Shown here piece after piece: positions 9,194 to 17,091 of a DNA stretch of 64,000 nt. The notes beneath the pieces were generated by a model, which ran no database searches, was not told the origin of the DNA, and saw only the letters and a list, made by a program, of their open reading frames with translations. The stretch comes from a virus (Duplodnaviria > Heunggongvirae > Uroviricota > Caudoviricetes), in IMG/VR virus record IMGVR_UViG_2974506819_000001, positions 34,789 to 98,788 of that record; one strand, given 5' to 3'. How positions within the stretch are numbered: the first letter of the stretch is position 1; the number at the start of each line of letters is the position of its first letter. A program made the position numbers and the translations under genes.

Positions 9194-10498
9194 TTATTGT
9201 TGCAGTGCTGCTTTCAAATCCAACGTGGTGTTACTCAGACCTGCAACGTGTACCGCTTTCATACGGGACAACATCATGTTGGTTGGAACACGTACAACGT
9301 CTGCAGACACACGGGTGGTATACATCCCCAGCCCGGTACCTAAACAGGTCTTACAGTAGTTGCCGTCTTTCTCAATACAGAACTGAGGTACGCGTATCTT
9401 CAATGGTCTACCCAGCAGGCTGTCGACGTTCTCTTTGGTAATGAGTTCGGCTTGACCTTTGCTGTTGATGTAGTACGACCCTGTCCACCATTTCTTATTG
9501 GACTTGGTCAACACCACTTCTTCCCCTACTGGAGATTGACAGTCAGGATTATCTGCACGCACACGCCCTACCAGACGCAGGGTTTCTTTTACCCTGGCTC
9601 CGCCTTCACCCGTTGCCTTACCACGGTTATAGGAACCTTCAATCGCGGTGTTGATGTAGTTCGCCATTTCACTGACGTCCCACCCTTCATCCAACGAGTT
9701 GGTCAAGGACACAAAGCGACCGGTCTCAGCGTTGTACTCTGCACCAAAGGCAATGAACATACGCTTACGGCTGTTGTCGATAAACTTCTTCTCGATGTAG
9801 AAGGTGTTACTTGCCCCCTTCATCTGAATCTCGTAATCGAGCTTCACCACCTGGTCGATAATGCCCGTGAACACAACCGGGTCATCCAGCTTGTCTTTGT
9901 TTTCGGCAAAGAGCTTGTCACGCAACGCCAGTACTTCTTTCGGTACGGTTAATGCATCAATGCTGCTACAACGCACAAAGAACAGGCTGAGCCCTTCCAG
10001 GAAGTTACAGTGGGCAGAGAACTTGGTGACACAGATGTCAACCGGTGCTTTGCCTTCAGGAACCTCTTGTCCTTCTTCCGGGTTATCCACCATTAACTCA
10101 CGCAGGGTATCGCACACGAAGTCTTTGGTGAATTCCCCGTTGTGATACGGTACCAGTTCCCCAAACACTTCCCACAACAGCACCACGTTAAACAGGAAGA
10201 TACCAAACGTGGTTTCCGTGGCCTTTCCGCGTAAGCAAGGGTGGAAGTCACCCGGCAGGCTAATCGGTTCATCGATAAAGAACAGCGGTGCATCTTCGGT
10301 GTGTTCTATCTCAACCGGATGGGTACCTTCAAGATACCAATACTTCCCACCTTCTAAATACAACGCATAGGGAATCTTCTTAAACTCCCCAGCACTCTCG
10401 ATGTCTTCTAACTGAATAGAAATGATAGACTGCAAGAATGCCTTTTCGTTGTACGCCTTTTGTTCAAAGGTGTGCTTTAAGTAGTCAATCTTTTTCAT
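9194..10498 (-). CDS. Virion RNA polymerase beta' subunit, middle part (phiKZ gp80-like)
   Basis: NSLDEGW...IEGSYNRGKATGEGGARVKETLR aligns by eye with RpoC NSFREGL...[23 protein letters not shown]. Zn-site DCQSPVG and IRVPQFC...CKTCLG. It is a second, distinct beta' copy, consistent with two RNAPs. Confidence 0.85.
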   Translation of the reverse strand: MKKIDYLKHTFEQKAYNEKAFLQSIISIQLEDIESAGEFKKIPYALYLEGGKYWYLEGTHPVEIEHTEDAPLFFIDEPISLPGDFHPCLRGKATETTFGIFLFNVVLLWEVFGELVPYHNGEFTKDFVCDTLRELMVDNPEEGQEVPEGKAPVDICVTKFSAHCNFLEGLSLFFVRCSSIDALTVPKEVLALRDKLFAENKDKLDDPVVFTGIIDQVVKLDYEIQMKGASNTFYIEKKFIDNSRKRMFIAFGAEYNAETGRFVSLTNSLDEGWDVSEMANYINTAIEGSYNRGKATGEGGARVKETLRLVGRVRADNPDCQSPVGEEVVLTKSNKKWWTGSYYINSKGQAELITKENVDSLLGRPLKIRVPQFCIEKDGNYCKTCLGTGLGMYTTRVSADVVRVPTNMMLSRMKAVHVAGLSNTTLDLKAALQQ

Positions 10499-11403
10499 GA
10501 CCCTTCACCGCCTCCCAGTTGCAGTTCGCTGAGGATTTTATCCAGCTTCATCCGCACAGTGATATCATCAATCACTTCGTCCAAGTACTTCGACGCAGCA
10601 TCTTTGATTTGACTGTCATTGAGCTCACTGATTAAGAAGAGACAGATGATGTTAATGCCATACGCCAGCGGGTCACCGTTATCTTCTTCCAGGTAACGCT
10701 GTAGATCGCACTTAAAGAAGTTCAGCAGGCTCTCTACGGCTCCGCCGAGTTGTCCCTGGTTGACGATGTGGTCCCACGTCAACGTGCCTTTAAACAGCGG
10801 CTTATTGGCGATAACACGATCGATGATGTTTTGCGGTGGGTTCACTTCTTCATCGTTGGCTTTTAAACCATCCGACAGGGCCTTCAGCAAAACTTCACTA
10901 ACGTCCTCTATGATATAAGTAAAGGGTTCTATGTCGAAACCTTCACCGTTCAGCTTTTCCATTACCATCAGGAAACGCTCTTTGGAATCGATGTCTCTCG
11001 AATCCAGAATGTTGCTCAACCCCAGGGTATCTTCATAACCCGGTAGTGTGTACACCATGTCAACCAGACGGATGTACAACGGCAGGTGTTTGTTATCGAC
11101 GTATTCTGGAGAAACGGTAAAACCCATCTTCACCAGAATCTCCATTATATTGTCGACTATGAGCGACCAGATAACTTGCTTTTTGGCTTGTGTCTCCAGT
11201 TGTTCATCAACAAACACCTCAGTGATTTGTGTGGGGAGTAAACTGTCCGGATACGTCAGCAAAATGTAGTTCAACCCACGGGTAAGAATTTCATAATGCA
11301 GCTCCGGAATATACTCTTTGAATTCCGACCACATATCACCGACGTAGTGAATGGGCAACGTCTCATCACTGTCGTCATATACTTCTTCTATTTCATTAAT
11401 CAT
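10495..11403 (-). CDS. Hypothetical helical protein, co-transcribed upstream of the vRNAP beta' gene
   Basis: 302-aa acidic ORF whose stop overlaps the beta' start (ATGA) after a GGAGG-containing end. Confidence 0.8.
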   Translation of the reverse strand: MINEIEEVYDDSDETLPIHYVGDMWSEFKEYIPELHYEILTRGLNYILLTYPDSLLPTQITEVFVDEQLETQAKKQVIWSLIVDNIMEILVKMGFTVSPEYVDNKHLPLYIRLVDMVYTLPGYEDTLGLSNILDSRDIDSKERFLMVMEKLNGEGFDIEPFTYIIEDVSEVLLKALSDGLKANDEEVNPPQNIIDRVIANKPLFKGTLTWDHIVNQGQLGGAVESLLNFFKCDLQRYLEEDNGDPLAYGINIICLFLISELNDSQIKDAASKYLDEVIDDITVRMKLDKILSELQLGGGEGS

Positions 11404-11442
11404 ACGAATACCTATACCTTTCGTAAAAAGGAGCTACATAGC

Positions 11443-12201
11443 ATGACCACTAAAAACAACTTCAAAAAGCAGCGTAAAGCCGTACAAAAGCGCAAAGCGC
11501 GTGAACAGGCAAATGCTCAGGCGAACCACCGTGCACGCTCTCAGCCCAAGGGCAAGAAGAAGCACCCGAAGTACTCTGAAGAGTTCATCCACCGTTATAT
11601 TCAGCAGCATGGGTTTGCTCGTGCCGTGGTTGATCTCAAGCTGGAGCCGGAGAACACCGAGTTCACTAACAAAGACATTGCGCAGATGATTGCGGAAAGC
11701 ATCCCGCCGATCACCCGTACGCACGCTGGCGTTGAAGTGCTTGCTCGTCTTGCGAAAGAAGGCGTGATTGAGCTGACCGAAGAAAACCACGCGCTGATCG
11801 TTGAATACGACAAAGTGGTCGTGAAGTTCAACGAAGACGTCGACGCCGTCATCATGCTGATGGAAGCGAAGAAAGAGCCGGAAGAGTTCATGGAGCTGGT
11901 CGCGCATCTCACCGACATGCTGATGGACCTCATGACCACGTACCGTGAGCCGGTTATCGAGCTGATTGAATCGCACAGCGAGAAGGTCGAAGAGTACGTT
12001 AAAGAGCACCGTGCTGAAGACCAGAGCATGGACGACTACATGACCCTGCTGCACACCCAGCGCGCTGCAGAAATCTATCCTCTTTACCGTACCGGCCTGA
12101 CTGTGACCGAACACGTCGACGCTGAGTTCGCTAAGTTTGACGAACAGCTTAATGAAGCCGCTGCATCCGAACAGCCGTCTGAAACTCAACCCACTGAATA
12201 A
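11443..12201 (+). CDS. Hypothetical protein with a Lys/Arg-rich N-terminal tail and an acidic helical body
   Basis: ATG 11443 after AAGGAG. MTTKNNFKKQRKAVQKRKAREQ...KGKKKHPK. Strong optimal-codon bias. Confidence 0.8.
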   Translation: MTTKNNFKKQRKAVQKRKAREQANAQANHRARSQPKGKKKHPKYSEEFIHRYIQQHGFARAVVDLKLEPENTEFTNKDIAQMIAESIPPITRTHAGVEVLARLAKEGVIELTEENHALIVEYDKVVVKFNEDVDAVIMLMEAKKEPEEFMELVAHLTDMLMDLMTTYREPVIELIESHSEKVEEYVKEHRAEDQSMDDYMTLLHTQRAAEIYPLYRTGLTVTEHVDAEFAKFDEQLNEAAASEQPSETQPTE

Positions 12202-12216
12202 CGGAACTTATTGACC

Positions 12217-14031
12217 ATGGAACAACAACCTGGATTCGATCCTGATCTGAACAAAGATCTCCTGACTGAAGAAGTTGCTCATGCCCCGCGTCCCAATATC
12301 GGGCAAGCAGCTTCTGTACAACCAACTCAGTCTCAGCCGGTTATCCCGCAACCTCAGCCTGTGGTTCAAGAAGCCGCTGCCGCTGTTCCGGTTAAAGAGC
12401 CCGTTGCGCCAGCGCGTGCTGACCAAATTCACACGGCTGAAAACACGCCGTTCAAAAACTTCATCCCGCTGTCCAGCATCTTTATTAAGAAGCTGACCGA
12501 GAAAGAGAAGGAGCAGGGTTATCTGACCGTGTTCCTGGGTAACCACAAAGACGTTATCGAAGCGAAGAACGAGCTGATTCAGAAATGGCTGGTCTTCCGT
12601 GCGTCTATCGGTATGCTGGCTGACGGTGAAATCACCGAGCAGGAAGCGGAAAGCGCCCGTGCTAACTGGACAGAATATCTGCAGGCGAACCACCCAGGCG
12701 AAGACCAGGAAGAGATGGAGAAGTATTGTCTTGAGCTGTATCAGTTTATGGACACCATCCAGGACGGGATTAAAATCCGCAGTCGTCTGATGCAGGAAGA
12801 CCGCGTTACTAACCTCAGTGACCGTGGCAGTAACTTCATCACTGGCGACATCACCGGTAAACAGCCGAAGGCCGTACTGAAGAACACCGCGCTGTCTGAA
12901 CAGATGCGTCGTTCTGCGCTGAACGCCAATCAGGACCTGTATGAGTTTGATATCCTGCTGCGTAACTCGTTTGCCGGTCTGTCTATCCGTCGTCCTAACC
13001 TGCTTTCCCTGGGCAGCCTGGTGCAAGCCATCAGCAATCAGGTAAAAGGCTACGTGCGTCAAATCAACAACCCGTCGGTTACCCTGGCCTACATTGCCGG
13101 TATTCGTTGTATGTGGGACTACGTGTCTAAACTGATCCTTACCTGTTCAGTAAAAGACACCCGTGACTTCCGCGAGCTGGCTGACTCTATCCTGTTAACG
13201 GATGTGGACCAGCTGGCTGTGGGTCTGTTGAACTCCATCTACACCCGTGGCGTGCATCTCGAACTGCGCTGCATGAACCCGGGCTGTAACTGGTCTGATT
13301 TTGGCCTGGCTGATCCGTCAAAGCTGTTGGACATTCGTAAGAAGTTCGAAACGCCGGAAGAAGCTGCGGTATTCGCCAACATCATCAACCGTCGCCAGAA
13401 GTATTCTCGCGAAGACATGGAGAAGCTGCAGAAGGCAACCAACTACGGTATTGAAGACACTCGTGTGTTCGGTACTGATGGTCGCCATTACTTCCGTATC
13501 TCTCCGCCGACGTTGACTCAGGCATTCGAAACCCTGGAGTTCTTCACGGAAACCATCAACCCGCGTATTCAGGAACTGCGTGCCAACACGTTGGACCCGA
13601 AAGAGTTCGAAAACGAACTCACTGCGCTGTTGACCTCTATCTCCTCTGCGGAATACCTGCACTGGATTTCAGAGTACGTGGTACTGCCGGAGCCGGGTAG
13701 TGATGCTGAACCAACTGTGTACGCACGTCCTAAGCACGACACGGCTGAGTTTAACCGTGGCCTGATGGCTATCCTGGAGGATGACCCTGAGCTGGGTAAT
13801 GCCCTGGTGAAATTTGTGTACAACAAATCACCGTTCCTGTCTCGCGTCTTCACTGGGGTTGACCACCACGAGTGCCCGGCCTGTAAAGCACGTTCTGATG
13901 AACACGACGGTCGTCAGTTAGGCTTCACTCCGATCAACGCCTTCATGAGTTTTTTTACCCTTACCCAGTTGAAGCTCATGGTGAGAACGGTCCAGGCCGA
14001 CATAACAAACCGCGAAGCCCTCTCGGATTAA
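12217..14031 (+). CDS. Probable tail assembly chaperone / baseplate hub assembly protein (T4 gp26/gp51-like, Zn-binding), gpG-equivalent
   Basis: LTDVDQLAVGLLNSIYTRGVHLELRCMNPGC resembles the 'D.eylfl.iRa.S.ge.i.l...CpeC' motif. A second HECPAC follows, then ...NAFMSFF encoded over a T7 run. Start could be TTG 12211. Confidence 0.6.
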   Translation: MEQQPGFDPDLNKDLLTEEVAHAPRPNIGQAASVQPTQSQPVIPQPQPVVQEAAAAVPVKEPVAPARADQIHTAENTPFKNFIPLSSIFIKKLTEKEKEQGYLTVFLGNHKDVIEAKNELIQKWLVFRASIGMLADGEITEQEAESARANWTEYLQANHPGEDQEEMEKYCLELYQFMDTIQDGIKIRSRLMQEDRVTNLSDRGSNFITGDITGKQPKAVLKNTALSEQMRRSALNANQDLYEFDILLRNSFAGLSIRRPNLLSLGSLVQAISNQVKGYVRQINNPSVTLAYIAGIRCMWDYVSKLILTCSVKDTRDFRELADSILLTDVDQLAVGLLNSIYTRGVHLELRCMNPGCNWSDFGLADPSKLLDIRKKFETPEEAAVFANIINRRQKYSREDMEKLQKATNYGIEDTRVFGTDGRHYFRISPPTLTQAFETLEFFTETINPRIQELRANTLDPKEFENELTALLTSISSAEYLHWISEYVVLPEPGSDAEPTVYARPKHDTAEFNRGLMAILEDDPELGNALVKFVYNKSPFLSRVFTGVDHHECPACKARSDEHDGRQLGFTPINAFMSFFTLTQLKLMVRTVQADITNREALSD

Positions 14032-14480
14032 TCACCGAGCCTTACTTCTCGGCTGAGTACCTTCGGGTCTCTGGTAACCTGCTTGGGAAAGATATCTCGA
14101 ACATCTCTCCTGAGCAGCTCCAACGTTATGAAGAGATGCTGTACGACTTCAACATGGGGTATTACCGAACGGAGACCATGACTCCGTTTTCGTCGGTGGC
14201 GTACATCAAAGAGGAAAACGAATTCTATCATCCTTTATCGTTTGAGGAGACTGGCAAGCGCTATGGGTTTAACAAACTGCACGACGTTATTCCCATGGAG
14301 ACGTACCTGAAGCTTCCAGCCTTTATGATAGACGATTTCCTTAACGGCATCACGAAAGGCAAAGAGCAGCGGTTCAAGTTAGATAAGGACAAAGCACCGG
14401 CTGACGGTGACGCACCTAATGCTGAAATGCGGAACGTTGCTCTCCAACTCGAAAGTATCCTGAAGACTATGAACAAGTAA
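13950..14480 (+). CDS. -1-frame ORF, probably read as a frameshift extension of the chaperone (gpT-equivalent); its own ATG is at 14136
   Basis: The frame of the 14136-14480 ORF is stop-free back to 13902 and is exactly -1 relative to the upstream gene at T TTT TTT (13950-13956). YGFNKLHDVIPMETYLKLPAFMIDDFL resembles small chaperone C-terminal modules. Confidence 0.65.
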   Translation, partial: FFYPYPVEAHGENGPGRHNKPRSPLGLITEPYFSAEYLRVSGNLLGKDISNISPEQLQRYEEMLYDFNMGYYRTETMTPFSSVAYIKEENEFYHPLSFEETGKRYGFNKLHDVIPMETYLKLPAFMIDDFLNGITKGKEQRFKLDKDKAPADGDAPNAEMRNVALQLESILKTMNK

Positions 14481-14488
14481 TCTTCCCG

Positions 14489-14523
14489 TATCTCCTCCTC
14501 TGGCTGCGGCTGGGGGAGGGATA
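14489..14523 (+). terminator. Imperfect hairpin followed by TTTTATG
   Basis: TATCTCCTCCTCTGGC-tgcg-GCTGGGGGAGGGATA with G:U pairs and one bulge, then TTTTATG. Confidence 0.6.
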
Positions 14524-14567
14524 TTTTATGCATGCCTCCTTATTCTTTATTTATGAAAGGTGAAATT

Positions 14568-15188
14568 ATGGGTCAGCCTACCAAATCCGCTCCACAGATT
14601 GAAGAAGTGAAAGATCTTGCTTCTGAGAAAGAACCAGTCCTGGTACTGGATGAAGCACCTCCGGCTGCGCCGGTAAAAAGCACGGGTGCTGCCAACATCA
14701 AACTGAAAGATGTTGAGACCGTGAAGATTGGCGACCAGATTAGCGCCAAAGGGGATTTCGTCAGTGAACTGATGATTACCCGTATCAACCAGCACATGGA
14801 ATACCTGCGCGGCGAGAAAGGCTTCGCTACCGACGATGTGCGCTTCCGTGAAATGATTACCTTCATGGAAACCATCGGCAACTCCACCACGCTGGGTATT
14901 GACCAGTACTGTGTGGTAACCGACTTCCTGATGAAGACCATTCGCGATAACCTGGATGACTTCAAAGAAGGTCGTGCCTTCCGCTTTATGCGTGGTCTGA
15001 GCCGTCACTATTCTGACTCTGCGATTGCAGCTTATCAGAACTACATGACCATGCTGATCCGTCTGGCTGGCGCGTACGCTGACCGCAAGCGCGTCTTTAA
15101 GAAGATGGACCTGGACTACATCACTGTAGGGATGCCGGTTGCTGCACGCAACAACATCAACACCTACATTCGTCGTCTGTGCGAATAA
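14568..15188 (+). CDS. Hypothetical protein
   Basis: ATG 14568 after AAAGGTG. 206 aa with a Pro/Ala-rich N-terminus and helical body; optimal codons. Confidence 0.8.
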   Translation: MGQPTKSAPQIEEVKDLASEKEPVLVLDEAPPAAPVKSTGAANIKLKDVETVKIGDQISAKGDFVSELMITRINQHMEYLRGEKGFATDDVRFREMITFMETIGNSTTLGIDQYCVVTDFLMKTIRDNLDDFKEGRAFRFMRGLSRHYSDSAIAAYQNYMTMLIRLAGAYADRKRVFKKMDLDYITVGMPVAARNNINTYIRRLCE

Positions 15189-15205
15189 AAGAAACAACAT
15201 AAACC

Positions 15206-15237
15206 CTACCCCTACTCCTTAACGGGAGTAGGGGTAG
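15206..15237. terminator. Bidirectional hairpin with TTAACG loop
   Basis: CTACCCCTACTCC-ttaacg-GGAGTAGGGGTAG between converging genes, flanked by CATAA (left) and TTATG (right). Confidence 0.8.
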
Positions 15238-15250
15238 TTATGTGGTTTAT

Positions 15251-17008
15251 TTAAAACTCTGCAGCTTTCAGTTTATTCAGTACGTCTTCTTTACCCAGCT
15301 TAATCAGATGAGACTCAAACACTTCTTGAATCTCACCGGCTTTCGGGAAGCGGAACAATTCATAGCACAAACTGATGGCGTTCGCTTGAGGACTGGAACC
15401 GTAGTTCACTCCAATCTCTCGGAACTTCATCATGTCAGCACCTTGAATACGTGTGGCTTCCATCTTGGTAGTTTTGTTCCCTACGTTCAACGCAACGGTC
15501 TCGGTAGGATAGGCCCCTTCAACGTCAACGTCATCGGTTAACCCACGTGCCATACTGACCACGTCACTTAACCCTTCGAACAGCACTTTACCCATGGCTG
15601 CGTTCTTCTCAGTTTCAAGAAGAGCAATCCAATCGCCCAGTGTAGGTAGAATGTCAGTAAACGGCTTCTCACGACGTGCACCGGTACAACCCCATACGTA
15701 ACCATACTTCTTGGCAACGAACGACAGGGTGTCACTGATGATGCTTGGTTGAGATGGATAGTTGAAGTACTCGGAATACTTTAACAACATCGGCAGAGAC
15801 AGAGACAGATCATCCGTCTTATCGTTAATGTCCTCAATAACGATGTTATCTTTGATGTTGTACATGCAGTATTCGTACTTCGCGTTCTTCTGCATCCAGA
15901 TGTGCCATGGCAGCGTACCGGGTAACAGATGCTCACCTTTATCGGTATAGAGCTTTCCGTCTACCTTCTCACGTTCAGCCGTTGCGTTCAAACCGTAGCT
16001 TTCCAGTTTGCCCTGCGGTGCACGTTTAATGGCATACTTACACGCTGCATCAACCCACTGCCATGAAGCCAAGGTACGAACCGTTGGGAATTTCTCTTGC
16101 CACTCTAACGGAGTGCGGTCGCCGTTCTCTTTTACCTTGTGAGTACGACCAGGATGAAACTCATAGTTACAATAATGGTTCGGTACACCTGGATCACAAT
16201 AGATACGAGCAACATCAAACCCATGACGTTTTAATGCGGTTTCGTTTTTCTCCATATCAAACGCGGCGTTCCAACTGGCAATCCAATCTGGACTCCACTG
16301 GTGCCACTTTTCAATGTTGGCTTTAACGATTAACGCTTCGTTATCAAAGAGTTCGTATTCAACGTGAGAGATACCACGACGGTTTAACGTTTCACGCAGA
16401 TAGAGTTCTTCGTACTTACGCAGGTTGGCCAGAATCTCCTCATCGTTCTTTTCATCAAACCAGTTACGGTCTGCCGCAAAGTACGCCACCTTTTCAAAGG
16501 TAGTAGACGCCATGATGATCTCTTCATCCGGCGAATGCATGTTGGTTTCAACGTCGTACGCTGCTGTGCGATACGGTTCAGTTTCCTGGTGTTCCGGATA
16601 CTTCTCATGGAACTTCTGCTTGAACACAACCGGAATCGTCTGTTCACACCCAAACACATACTGACTGCCTTTCATCTGACGAAGCTGTGCAGTGACATCC
16701 GGACGACCATACAAAATCTTGCTGATGTTGTACGCTAACCGAGCACGACTGCTGCTGTATTTCTTACACATGCGTTCGTCAATGTAATCTTTGTTCTGTT
16801 CGAACTTGCGGTACTTCTCTTTAACAATGTAGAAGTCCTGCTTATAATCTTCAATACAGGTGTATTGATTGCTTCGAGTGCCGTCTTCATGAATGTTTGT
16901 TATCTTGGCACCCAAAAGATCTTTCATTGGATCGTATCGGTGTACGCCGTAATTCGCGTGCTTACAAACACGAGCAACAATGGGTGAGGAATTAGGAGTC
17001 ATTTTCAT
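15251..17008 (-). CDS. Split family-B DNA polymerase, 3'-5' exonuclease/N-terminal subunit (phiKZ gp82-like)
   Basis: ExoI AYDVET, ExoII SWNAAFD, ExoIII-like YNIKD, and a polB motif-A-like DVDVEGAYP near the C-terminus with no later pol motifs. Confidence 0.85.
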   Translation of the reverse strand: MKMTPNSSPIVARVCKHANYGVHRYDPMKDLLGAKITNIHEDGTRSNQYTCIEDYKQDFYIVKEKYRKFEQNKDYIDERMCKKYSSSRARLAYNISKILYGRPDVTAQLRQMKGSQYVFGCEQTIPVVFKQKFHEKYPEHQETEPYRTAAYDVETNMHSPDEEIIMASTTFEKVAYFAADRNWFDEKNDEEILANLRKYEELYLRETLNRRGISHVEYELFDNEALIVKANIEKWHQWSPDWIASWNAAFDMEKNETALKRHGFDVARIYCDPGVPNHYCNYEFHPGRTHKVKENGDRTPLEWQEKFPTVRTLASWQWVDAACKYAIKRAPQGKLESYGLNATAEREKVDGKLYTDKGEHLLPGTLPWHIWMQKNAKYEYCMYNIKDNIVIEDINDKTDDLSLSLPMLLKYSEYFNYPSQPSIISDTLSFVAKKYGYVWGCTGARREKPFTDILPTLGDWIALLETEKNAAMGKVLFEGLSDVVSMARGLTDDVDVEGAYPTETVALNVGNKTTKMEATRIQGADMMKFREIGVNYGSSPQANAISLCYELFRFPKAGEIQEVFESHLIKLGKEDVLNKLKAAEF

Positions 17009-17091
17009 GTCCTTGGCATTTTATGAAACTCTTAAAAAACTTTCGCTATAGTTATGCCTGCGCAGTGTTAAATAACGAAGGACGTGCCGCC

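Noticed and set aside
17023-17091. Upstream extensions given by the ORF track (also 3582, 8077, 11296, 30035, 31342, 33968, 38780, 42387, 61819 and 62884)
   Set aside because: They overlap neighbours or terminators and lack an RBS; downstream ATGs with clear Shine-Dalgarno sequences were chosen instead.
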